Of a DNA stretch of 64,000 bases, positions 38,101-54,763 are shown piece after piece. The notes under the pieces are model-generated. The model had not been told where the DNA came from and ran no database searches. It saw only the letters and a list, made by a program, of their open reading frames with translations. The stretch is taken from NCBI GenBank assembly GCA_040954595.2, contig CM082586.2:1431124-1495123 (forward strand), given 5' to 3'. The position numbers and the translations under genes were made by a program. This DNA is from Balanoglossus misakiensis (Eukaryota > Animalia > Hemichordata). Each line of letters opens with the position of its first letter. The stretch's first letter is position 1.

Positions 38101-39000
38101 CAACCTACCCCGTTGGATGAGTTGTGATAGCTGAGAACCGGAAAGCGACCGCCGTGTCGGAATGATGCCGACTTCACTAATGTGGCATCATCAATGGATT
38201 TGGGAACTATGACTGTCTGTGGGTAAGAGTAGCATACCTGGGAAAGATACAAACAGGGATCGGAATTAGTTTCCTGGATTTCCCCCCAAGTTCTTGGCAG
38301 GAACGCGAAGAAATGTAACTCAGTAAAATAACTGAAGACTCCAACATAAAAATGAGTGGGGGATCGATACTTACATCAAAACCTTTGTTGACATGGCTAA
38401 GTCTCCATTCTTCACCCAGGAGTCTAGCGAATTCATTCTCCGGTAGGAATGCCTGCCATCCGTCCTCCATGATGTCAAACATCGGCCGGAAGAAGAACGG
38501 ATAGGTCAGAGACACTGACTCTGAAATACAAAATATCATGGAATTTGGAATAGCAAATTTTAATAGCACCTCATGAGCAAACAAATACACACGTAATGCA
38601 ACTTAAATGACTCTCGGCTATCTCCGGGCCAACCTAGAGGTAGCCCAATGTCTGCTCACTGGAAGAGAATGCTTGATCTGTTCCGGAACTTACCAAGCGA
38701 GGAAAGCACTTCTATAGAGCTGGCTATGTTCAAGCATTCCTCCATCCCGGGGATGTCTAAGTACACTGTCTTGAAATTCTTGCATTTCAGCGTTAAGTAC
38801 CCTGTGGAGCCGGAGAATTTCTTCTCGATGGTGTCAATGTTGCTATGCAGAAGCCACAGTTCTTCGGAGTTGGTTTTCCGTGACGACAAGATGAGGTGAT
38901 GGCCGGTTAGACAGAGGGTGCCCTCTACTGGCTCTTGGAAGGGGAGGTGCAGGACGACCTCGTCTACTTTCGGAGTTTTGATCAGTTCCACAAACTCCAT
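35186..39000 (-). CDS. MTMR9: Myotubularin-related protein 9 (catalytically inactive), about 11-12 coding exons
   Basis: MEFVELIKTPKVDEV, GTLCLTGHHLILSS, CLNIASSIE, YPFFFRP, FRHGGRFPVLSYH, YIIDTR, HYPQWRRIHK, the dead-phosphatase loop VLVHGSEGIDSSLQVTSLAQIILDP (no catalytic Cys), EREWLQAGHPF, QQFPCSFEFNE and IWPSVAPQSL, ending in a coiled coil. TGA at 35186-35188. Confidence 0.95.
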
Positions 39001-41174
39001 CCTGTGAAATTCCACCCCTCGCTCTAGAGATAGAGATAGAGAGATTATGTAAACACCATGGCTGCACCACAACTCAGCCAGTGACAAATTCAGGTCGTTT
39101 GCCATCAAACATTGTTTACAATTGCAAAATAGAAATTGGAAAGCTCATACAGTGTTTGTATTTGATAGGCACGGAATTATCCATCAATTAGACTTATCTC
39201 AAATCTGAACGCACGCTTTTCAAATATTGACAAATCCATTACAGAGAGACATTAGGGAATGTGTTTTTACACAATGATATATCCCATATGGGTTTTTATT
39301 ATCGCATGAGATTCAGCTGTGACGACTGATATGGTAAAACGTAAAACAGTGTGTGTAACCTGTATTGTAAGATCATCTATAGACAGTGGATCTGCTATGT
39401 ATTATAGTAATTGTATCATTGAATTCTAGGTTATCTGATTTACTGGGAATTCTTGTTGGATTGTCTGCTTCAGGTCGATTTTGTATGTCAAAAACATAGT
39501 CCCTTCTCCATAGGGAGATTGTGGTTCAATGACAGTGTAAGTAGATGCACTTACACCCCAGGGGATGGGAGTTTAGTTCTCATTATTGGCTGTATAATAC
39601 TATAGATACTCCTCCTTTTGCAGCACTGTATCTTGCAATTTGGTTCACAGTGCTCAGTGTGTGCAATTTGTTCCAGGTCATGCTCTAAAACTGGGCCTAC
39701 CATTATTCAGCTCTAAATGTTCGTATTTTGCCTGATGTTTGTTGTATTCCCAGTAAAGGTTCATTACTGCACCTGTACACTTGGCTACCCTATCTACTCT
39801 TGCAGATAATTCACCCATTAATTTCACCTGCAATGCTGTGTAATTGCTCATACATTGTCCTTTTCTTTTTCTCCCCAATTTTCCATGAGACCACAGCAAT
39901 TATTCCGACAATACTGAAATCACAGGAATGTTTTACATTGTGACCTTTAAATGCATTGAGATATTTCATCAATACCAAAATGTGTATTGATTCTAACATT
40001 CCTTGCTTTTACGCAGTATAGATCCACTCAATGATTTCAAAATGTCATCCAAAACACAGGTAGCTATTTTCTCTCAATATCACTTTCACACGGTGCATGT
40101 GCGTAAAGGTGTCAAGTGGAATACCTTGTAGGGTATTACGGAAAGGTCAGAGGCAACAAAGCCTACATGAGGTGCCTGTCTGATTCTCGAACTGATAATA
40201 CTACACCATTGGTGATTCTGTGAAGTTGATATCCATCCATGCAGTACCTTGACACTGTAGGGAGAGTCTTCTTTCAGATATTCATGTTGTCGTATCAAGC
40301 CTCACGTTTTTCCACTCTTATGACAAAATCAAGACTTATAGCCACATGGAATGGACAAGACATCAATCAAGCAAAATGGACCATTTCACTATGCCATCAC
40401 GAAAATATCTAAAGCTGGTTTCATATTTATGTAACGCGGAATTATTACGACAGCTGTTATTTTTAGTTTTTAATCTGGATAATTCACCGTAAAATGACAT
40501 CTATTATAAATTACTTATGCTACAGATTGGTTTTTATGATGATTATTTAGATAATGTCTGTGGTTAAGATTTAAATGTCATTATATCGCCTGATGGCTTA
40601 GTTGGTACCAGTAATGGAAAAATAAAATTATTCTGACGTAGTGATCATATTGCTCATAAATGAAATGTGTCGAGTGGACCAATAATACTGTGACAGCAAA
40701 CGTGTGAATCCAGTAGTATGATCTCTCAACCTTTTCTGAGTGGAGGAACAACAATTCACAGGAAATCTGTCCACTCGAATCAAAAAGTCAAGATTGAGTT
40801 GTCCAAAAACCAGGGCCAATTAAGCTGTTCTAGTCCACCATCTGGTACACAGTGCTGAGTCTCACACTATCAGATTGATCAGATTTCCTTGTCTGCAACT
40901 GATGCCTTCTGGTATGGTAATGCACCGAGAATGAAAACATGTCTGTCATAATTCTCTCGACAGCTGCCAGATTCAATGCCATTTATAGTTCTCACCATAA
41001 GCACCTTTTATTGTGGGTAATTATTGCCCCAAGGTAAAATGTTTATACCAGACGACCAAGGTTATAAGCAGTGTGTGAAGTTTTGAAATGAAATTCACAC
41101 CTATATCATAACTCAAATATCAATAATACTCCCCTACATGTATACAGACTATGGAGGAAAAACTGATAATCTAC

Positions 41175-41233
41175 ATGATGATGATGATGATGATGATGAT
41201 GATAATATTCATCATCATCATCATCATCATCAT
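41175..41233. repeat. Self-complementary microsatellite (ATG)n-ATAATATT-(CAT)n
   Basis: An ATG/GAT run is followed after a short AT spacer by its reverse complement, a CAT run. Confidence 0.9.
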
Positions 41234-43988
41234 TGTATTAATTAACCGTTAATGTGACCTGTTACATCAATACAAATTAACCAGGAACAACTGTGTGTGA
41301 ACACGTTCCTGATCAATGTGCATCAACTCCCTCACCCACTGTCTCTGATCTAAACCACAAATAGAACATGGCATGATATGCTGGGTGAGATTATCCATTA
41401 ACAGCCTCAGAAGTCACGACACTTCGGATCTGAATTAATGATAGTCACAAGTCCACTGCCACACAACAGGTTTTTGACTATTAACAGGAAAAAGTATATC
41501 ATTATACCGGTATTTGATCCTTGAAGGTGACAAAAGCTAATTGGGAGCTCTTCGTTCTTACAAAAATCCCCAGGCAGATAGTGCTATTATAAGAGGACCT
41601 ACTCGATGTATATATATCAAGAGAATCATCAATTAGCACGGTATAAAATAATTTTTCATTCATTCCAATTTAGACTGCCATATTTTTTTATTACCATCAT
41701 GAATACAGAAGTGGATATTTCGAACGCTGTGTGCGTGTCTCAGCAAGAGACATTCACGATGACGTTTAGTTTTTATTCAACAGTTGTGTGTCCATTCCAT
41801 GTGCGGCGATAGTGGCATATGGATGGTTACATATGCCACTTTCAGTTTTCAAAAACCAGATTACGAGCCAAGATGTTTGGTAAATCTAAACTCACGACCA
41901 CCATGCATACTGAGACTGTGCATGACGAGCTTGGTTTTATATGAAGGAAGTCACAGCACTTACTTTTCGGCATTTCATCCATTGTTCTAGCTGTTGCAGT
42001 GTTGGCAGCAGACGACTCTATATGTACAGCACTTTTTTTCGTCTACCCATATTACCGGTATATTCCTGCCCACAAAACCTACCACTACAACAAGGACAGC
42101 GTACTTTACAATGCGTGCTTCTGTCAACTACGGCATTTACCACAATGGGAAATGTTTCCAATGATACATGTACCCTGTATAACTCTATGGAGCCGGGATT
42201 TTCCACTTGTAGGGGAGGGGTGGCAGGTACAACACCTGATCCCTTGATAACTCGCTAATGGCCAGCACGGTTGGTTATTTGATGAGGTCCGCTGGGGATG
42301 TTGGATTGTACCATTCTGATTTCAGGGTGGGGACAGTCCCAACAATGCACACAAACACACAATTATGTACACAGACCTTGATGTATACAAGCACCTGGTC
42401 TCTCCGTTTTTAGCCAGTGGGGATGTAGGCAGAGCAATTTTATTTTAAACTATAATCGACTGTACTGTGTTTCCGCGACCAGAGCTACCCATCAATCAAT
42501 GGATTTATTACACTGCTTTGAGTGTTCAAATGTTTACACTTCAGGTGGACACGTTGCATCCGGTTGCATGTGCCTCCTGACACCCAAATCACTTGACATT
42601 TCAACTTTTACAAAAATCACTGCTGTTACATCATCAGCAATGATGTACCAGAAAGAGAAAAAAAATCAAAACTGACATTCAACTGTAGAGGGCACTATAT
42701 AGCTAGCTGGTACCTTTCACTTGGTACTAATTTTGACAGCATATAAATGCTTGTAAATGTCTCAAAAACCCACACATTTTATACATTGATATTGTATGTG
42801 TACCCTTTCCTAAGTGTTGATCCTGAAATATTAATGAGTGTGAGGTTAAGTCATGGGTATCAGGACGGTTATCTCACAAGACATTTACCATCAGACATTT
42901 CCAACACACCAGTTTAATAGTGCAGGGTTGGGGTTGTGTCCTGGGTAAATGTCAAGGGGGTGTGTCCGAATCATATATCAAATCAATAACGTAAATCACA
43001 GTCACGACGGAGTGATCGTGCTTGAAACAATTTTAACTACGTCTAGATTTAGTGATATCAACGGTAAACTTACAGAAGTACAATTAATTAATACAGTAAT
43101 TTGCAATCAAGCACCAAGAGTCCATGTACATTTCATATCAACACCACAGCAGGTCATTTCAGTTCACACAATCGGAAGGAAAGTACATACAGCGGACACA
43201 CGTACTTAATTCATACGCAATTTCAAATCTATTGCCTTTGCTTTTTAGATCTGATTTATAAAATAAATAACAGTGAAACAAGGCACAGCCGGCATATATA
43301 TGATAATGTTGATAGCAGCCATGATCACGATGATGTCATTGATTGAATCAACTCCCCATACAGTGATCGTACATAAAATAATAACAAAGACGAGTATCGC
43401 TTTAGTAGTGAGAAAAATGACGCCGATTTATGTTGACTTACCCGAGCTCTAATGCGTCTGTAAGCTAAGTTTGAGATCGCCTCTCTCTTTGGGATGATAC
43501 TTATAATTTCGTCGATAGAAGGGGAGGGAGGCATAGAATCAATGACAACCGCAGGCAGCCATTACGGTTCGAAGTCTCGTAATTTCTCGAACAACCTTGG
43601 CAAAGATATGCAGAATTAAATTATGTGTGTCTTGGTGATTAATGTGCCAGTGATTCAAGAAGCTTTGTCTAGTAATTGATTATCTAAAATTCCTTCAATC
43701 AAACCGTAGAAATGATTCTTGTCCCAAGGCGTATGACAAGTGAAAGCGCCTCCCCCGGAAGTCTCGCACAATCTGTAAAAGGGACGAGAAGACGTATATT
43801 TACATGAATTCTTGAGTCTGAAGTTCTGGAGCAATAATTGAAGCACAGGTTGGCGTTTAAGATCGTAGAAACCATAAGTTTTTCCCATTATCAGAATATA
43901 TTCACCTGCTCTCTGATATCAGACGCTGAAAATACCGTACTGCGTACGGGACAACGGGTGAGCGTGTTGCGTTGCTACCCAAAACAAG

Positions 43989-46314
43989 ATGGAGGAAGTC
44001 GAAGGTAAATACACTTATAATAGTACATTTCAGCTGTCCGCATCTGAATTACTAGTATTTCTATATGCAGAGATATGTACATCATGTGTATACTAGTTAC
44101 GTTTCAATGCTGCGAGGGTCTCCCCCGGCCCCGGTACTTCTGGTCAGTGTCACTGACGAGAATGATGACTGGTTGACTAGGACACCTGTTACAGTGTTAC
44201 CCAAATGATCTATGACAAGCTACAATTAATGTAAAGAAATATTGTCATCTTTCCACGTTCTTTTACAGAGTATGTTAATCCCATTGAATTTGAACCTTGT
44301 GGAATATGTGGAAGAACATTCCGTCCAGATGTCTTGGTGAGTTCTTCTTCTTTTTGATAGATTTATGTTACTAATTCTACGCACTGAATACATTCAGTCA
44401 CTGGTATGATTGTCATAAGTCCACTCACATTAAGTGTATATTCAGTCTTTCTGATGTTTCTGCTTTCAATATGCCAACAGATGAAGCATACACCAATCTG
44501 TCAGAAGAGCAATGCAAAAAAGAGAAAAGCGTTTGATTCAACCAAACAGCGAGCAATTCAGGAGGCAGCCAGTGTCAGGAGACGACCAGAGCCCAAGAAG
44601 TCGCCGGTTAGTTGCAAATGTCAGTTTTTGTATGGAGGGGTATATGACCGTTGTCTTATGCGCATGTACGTAATTTTATGTGTACAAACATTACGTCCAA
44701 TCCAACTGTTCTGCAAATTGATGATCTGAATGTCCTTATTTTAAATGGTTCATTGCCTCTTTTGGTTACAGCCAAAGAGCAACTGGCGTGAGAAACACGA
44801 ACATTTCATGGCTTCACTGAAAGCGGCCAGGGGAGTGTCGCATGCAATGAAGACAGGTGCCCCGTTGCCACCGCCACCCAAAGCTGCAATCAACCCTGGT
44901 AAGAATGTGTCCTTATACCATGCCCACAGCACTGACTGCCAAATAGGGCACACTCAAGAACAGATGATTTATACACAGATCACATTGATAACATTTACAT
45001 AACGCAGAATTAAAAAGTATCAGCCAAGCTCCACTGTTCTAGTTCTCTTTCCAATTATTAGATTATGTCCAGTGTCCAACCTGTGAGAGAAGATTCAACT
45101 CATCCGCTGCAGAGAGACACATGCCGTGGTGTGCCGAGAAAGCCAAGAGGATTCATCCGAACAGTAAAGCAGAGCAACTCAAACAGAGAACACAGGTAAG
45201 ATCTGGAAGGCTTGAACGTGTCCCCTGGATGAAGTTTGTGCATATCCGTGACACTGTTCTCCAAGTTAACATTACAATGCTATGTTTCGCCTGTAGTATA
45301 AACCACCCCTCCCAGGCGGTAAAAAATCATCGGGAGTTGGAACCAGAACAAACAGTGGGGGGCATAGAACGACAGCAACGTCAAATAAATCAATGACAAA
45401 TGGAAGAGTTGGTAAGCATTTCCTGGAATTCCTCACACAAAGTATTCATACATGACTTTTATTTGGATCATGTTACCATGATGCATCAGTTCGAATGAGG
45501 AGGAGAACCAGTTTTTCCTCATCACCAAACTTCTGGTTGTCATATTTGTTTGTTATTCTTTCTTTCCTTCTAGGCAGTGGAGGGGGTCTTTCGAATGGCT
45601 ACTCATCGTCAATGTCAAGTGCTGGTAGAAGGCCAAGTTTAGAAAATGTCAACAGGACGAGAGGAACTGGCAGACAACCATACGGGTGTGTAATTTATCA
45701 TCAGGTATTCTGTGTGTATATGTACATACCAAGTTTGCATTGTTTATGGCATGTGATATCCTGTTCACAGACTAATACACCATACCTAATACTCCGCATT
45801 TCAGGTATGAAGATGAAACGGACAGTGACAGTATGTCTCCAAAGAGTTTTGGTCGTGTGGGGAGCGGAGACAGTTACAGGTCATCGGGGTCATCTGGTAA
45901 CCGTGGAGTCAGATCAAAACCTCCAAGTGGTACATCACACAGGTAATAGATATATGTTCACATGTTTGGGCAAATTTTTTATCAGGTGATTTTGTCATTT
46001 CTTTGAATTGCATATTTCCGATCAAAATCGATCCTAAGCATTGCAGATGTAATATATTCCATTAGCGTGGTGTGTGTGGCCAGCCAGTCTGAACTTATTT
46101 CAGAGTTATTTCTCTCTACAGGGACACAGTGGTCAAACGGACGCCCACACCGCCATCCTATGGCAAGCTGTCATCACTCAACCGCCAACCCAGCATGGAA
46201 AACGTCAACGGAAGGAGGGCGTCCAAGTTCTGCTATGAGTGCGGCACCAAGTACCCTGTACCGCACGCCAAATTCTGCTGCGAGTGTGGAATCAAACGGG
46301 TGTGGATAGAGTAG
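43989..46314 (+). CDS. ZC2HC1A: Zinc finger C2HC domain protein 1A-like (9 coding exons)
   Basis: MEEVE|EY..PCGICGRTF..L|MKHTPICQK..KKRKAFDSTKQRA, KSNWREKHEHF, PLPPPP, DYVQCPTCERRFN..AAERHMPWC, and the C-terminal double zinc ribbon KFCYECGTKYPVPHAKFCCECGIKR. GT-AG junctions are in frame. Confidence 0.93.
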
Positions 46315-47491
46315 AGCATGCAAAACCAAAGATTCACTTGACCTCCGTGGTCTGTAGACAGTGGCAATAAACACAGCTCAAAGCAAGGTTTTTAAAATGG
46401 ACGAATTGTGACTTAACACTGGACTTAACATGAGGGTAGAGCCAACAAACTTGAATGAACAGTTGGACACATATCCAGTGAAGCATAAAAGTGAATTATG
46501 CCAAAAGTGAACCAAAAATATAAATTTGTTAAAAGATGATATATTATGAAATCATTCTTCCTGTGCAAGTACAATTAGATTAAATAGATTAGGTTTGTTG
46601 TTGACAATGACATAGACCATTATTTTTTGGACAGAGAATACAGGTTACTGTATATGCAGATTTTTTCTCAAAGATATTGGTGTCAACTTCAGATATCATG
46701 AATGAAAACAAATTATGAATGTTTAGTTTTGCATTCTTTTGGATGCTGCGGTTATTTCATTTACATACATTAAGTACTTTTTTTATCGTACCTCAATAAA
46801 TAAGTGAAAGTCAAAAAGGGCTATATCAAATGACGTGTTTTGCCTGTAGGCAACCTCATTTTGGTCTCCCTCTGTTTCTAGGGTGTTGTGAATGTTATCT
46901 GCTGCAGGGGGGGGGGGGGGTTGTTTTGTAGATATTCCAATAATGAATGTTCTAAATGTCTTTTGAAAATGTATATTTATTTTCTTGTTTATGTAAATAT
47001 GCCTTGAATGTGAGAAATTTACATTTGTATATATAATATTCTTGAAGGCACCCCCGGGATATTTAACCATCTGAACAGTATCTGGTTACTGTTATCGTGT
47101 CCAGGTAAATACCCTAGGGGTGACTTACCTAGATCTGTGACAGGACTGAACAAATATACAACTTTGACTTCAAACTGTATTTCCCTGCAGACTGCAGAGC
47201 GACAGAATAAAAGAAAATTTTATACCAATATCAATTGCAGTACGTGAATAATTTTTAGGTAACTCGTTGTAGTCATAGATGCTCATCCACTGTGATTCTC
47301 TCGGAACACAGATTCCACATAATAACTTGACTCTCCATTCTTCGCCTTAGGCCAATATGGTGGTCACCTTTTCGCTGTAATCACCATCGATTTTGTCCAC
47401 AGTTACTGTCTTGGCAAAATTTCCACTTCGAATCTGGTTGGCGTAATACAGTAGCCATCCATTCTGTCCTCATTTGTCTGTGAAAGCATGA

Positions 47492-48364
47492 TTAATCCGT
47501 TCTGTGGCGGCGTGGTTCTCCGAACATCAAATCGAGAAAGAATATGGAGCCGAGAATCAAAAGTTTATCTTCTAACTTGGTGTCCACCGGCCAAACCAGC
47601 TCCCAATTTGAAGTTTTGTCTTGGGGTGGGGTGAATAAACTTTTTCTGACCCACCTGTGTTTAATATGTGCAACCCCGTTCACCAAGGGTACATCGAAAC
47701 ACGTGGGCGTTTGGAGGAAGTCGCTAACCCGCGAGGATTTGAGTTTCAAGATGAGAGTGTCCTCGATATTAAATATGTCGCACTTTACTCTACACAGGGA
47801 AGGTCGGCGCCGTATCGTGCCAAGGACACATCCGACGGGGCTTTCGATTTGTGAGGAAAGAGGAAAACGTTCGCTAACCGGCAAACAGCCGACGCCGCAC
47901 AAGGTGGCCATCAAGTTTCTTCTAACCAGCATCACTTTCTTGTCAGTTGCGCATTCTTTCACCACTACATCTCTCCGGCGCCCCATCCTGTCGTCGTCGG
48001 AAGCGTAGAACACCTGTCGGCCGCCGTCGACGAAGATTTTGAAACGATTTGGTGGGTCGCAGTTCCAAGAATGGGCCGCCGTGCGAATCTGCTGAACAAG
48101 CATCTCATGACAATTCCTTATTATATCGTCTGCGTCGGGAACATTTAGTGGGTGTGACGTTTCCATGGTTTCTGGTGCGGCGTCCATGGGTTCAGTTCTG
48201 ATTATTTCTGGTTGCGTCATCACAGCTCCATTTTGCGTTTTATGGTCTTCGGAAGATGCCTCATCCTCGAAGGATGATGATGTCCGACCTTTGTCTTGCA
48301 CGACATTTGGTGGTAGTGGCGGTAGAGGACGAGGTATGTATGACTTTTTCTGTTTACGAGGCAT
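47492..48364 (-). CDS. Divergent phospholipid scramblase (PLSCR/tubby-like fold) family protein, intronless, 290 aa
   Basis: NRFKIFVDGGRQVFYASDD, IESPVGCVLGTI, CDIFNIEDTLILKL and NWELVWPVDTKLEDKLLILGSIFFLDLMFGE parallel PLSCR NKYEI..GQRVYFAAE, IQAPPGVPIGYV and [31 protein letters not shown]. The N-terminus is Pro-rich. Confidence 0.8.
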   Translation of the reverse strand: MPRKQKKSYIPRPLPPLPPNVVQDKGRTSSSFEDEASSEDHKTQNGAVMTQPEIIRTEPMDAAPETMETSHPLNVPDADDIIRNCHEMLVQQIRTAAHSWNCDPPNRFKIFVDGGRQVFYASDDDRMGRRRDVVVKECATDKKVMLVRRNLMATLCGVGCLPVSERFPLSSQIESPVGCVLGTIRRRPSLCRVKCDIFNIEDTLILKLKSSRVSDFLQTPTCFDVPLVNGVAHIKHRWVRKSLFTPPQDKTSNWELVWPVDTKLEDKLLILGSIFFLDLMFGEPRRHRTD

Positions 48365-48971
48365 CTCTAATTCAGTTAAACTTGCTTCCGACGTCTCTAA
48401 CCCCTTTCAACTATAAGTCTCTTCTCTTGGCACAATATTATATCAATGAAAAAGAACGTGCCTTGGAATGTTCTTTTTCATTGTTGAATCGTCATTCCAT
48501 ATCTCTAAGCAGAGTTCCACTTACACACGTGATGCGAATCGTGGCCTCATCTACATGTTCGCTGACTCTGAGAACATCATACACCGACCAAAAGGGACGG
48601 TGGAAGTTGCGACACAAGGTGCTCTCTTTGCGACAGACCATTAGGTCGGACAGAAGATATGTAGAATTCACACCGAGGACAAAGACGGAGTGTTTCGATT
48701 TTAAGTTTATTATTTCTACAAATTACAAGCGGTAAATTAAATTTCTGTATTCGACAAACATCGCCAGAAACTGGCAGAAGCGTGAAAATAATTTTGGACG
48801 AGCAGCGCCAGTCGAAATCTTGCGATCCCACCTGTTTCATTTGCATCGGTGACTGTATAATGATTGAACACGCCAATGGGCGTCTTTGTAAGATCATTAG
48901 GCCTATACAGATGTTATTTTTTCAATTTCTAGTCAATAGCTATCATCACACATGGTCAGGATATCGGCACT

Positions 48972-53998
<5,027 letters not shown>

Positions 53999-54763
53999 CT
54001 TGGAAAGATGCGACCGTGTCGAATGTAGTGCTACAGTGGTCTAAACGTAATTCTTATACTTTGGAATGATTAATCCTTTCGCACATAGTCGTTATGTAAT
54101 TATCAGATGGTACAGATTGATGAGCTTATAGATAACAGCTCTCAACCAGTTGTACTGGGATTGACTTTGCTCTTGCTGCGTTTGCGCTATTATGAAATCG
54201 ATGGATATGATGAAGTATTTATCTGTCTTGTAAACTGAAGCGCTTTGATGGGAACACAGGCGTCTTACTCTGCAACTGTGTACACGTATCTACAAATTCG
54301 TTCATTTTAACTTCATTTTAGGGTAGAGGTGTACCCTTAAAACTACAAAGCACATTAAACTCTACTTATTTAAAAATGTGAGTACATTTTGGCATGACCA
54401 GGTCAGGTGGCATGCCTCTTTGAAAATTTACCACATAATTGTTGTTGTCGTTGTTGTTTTTGGGGGGAGGGGTCACATTATAAACAAGGCCTAAGGGAGG
54501 GTCACAGTTTAGCAAAGCGTCGTAAGGGAGGGGGGGGGGGGCGTCACCGACCGACCCCAGTTACTCCCCCAGTATAATAATGAAAGGCCTGTCCCATTCT
54601 CGCCGCTGGCTGCGTACGTTGCACGGTGACCTCAAAGTGGGGTTACCGGTCAAAGTTCAAAGTGCAGCAAACTATTCGACAGGTAGGTGCCACATGTGCC
54701 AGAGTCCATTTAATTTGAGTCGATGTAGTTGACTCCGGCGATAAAAAAACAACACCCCGGAAC

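Noticed and set aside
41874-42247. In-frame TGA as possible selenocysteine or readthrough
   Set aside because: No selenoprotein-like motif and no recognisable SECIS; the surrounding frames look degenerate.
43560-43580. GGTTCGAA T-loop/B-box-like motif suggesting a tRNA or SINE
   Set aside because: No cloverleaf stems or A-box at the proper spacing.
47200-47490. Coding-looking sequence after the scramblase stop (readthrough or extra exon)
   Set aside because: The TAA-T context is not a readthrough signal, and all frames close within about 40 codons with no recognisable motif.
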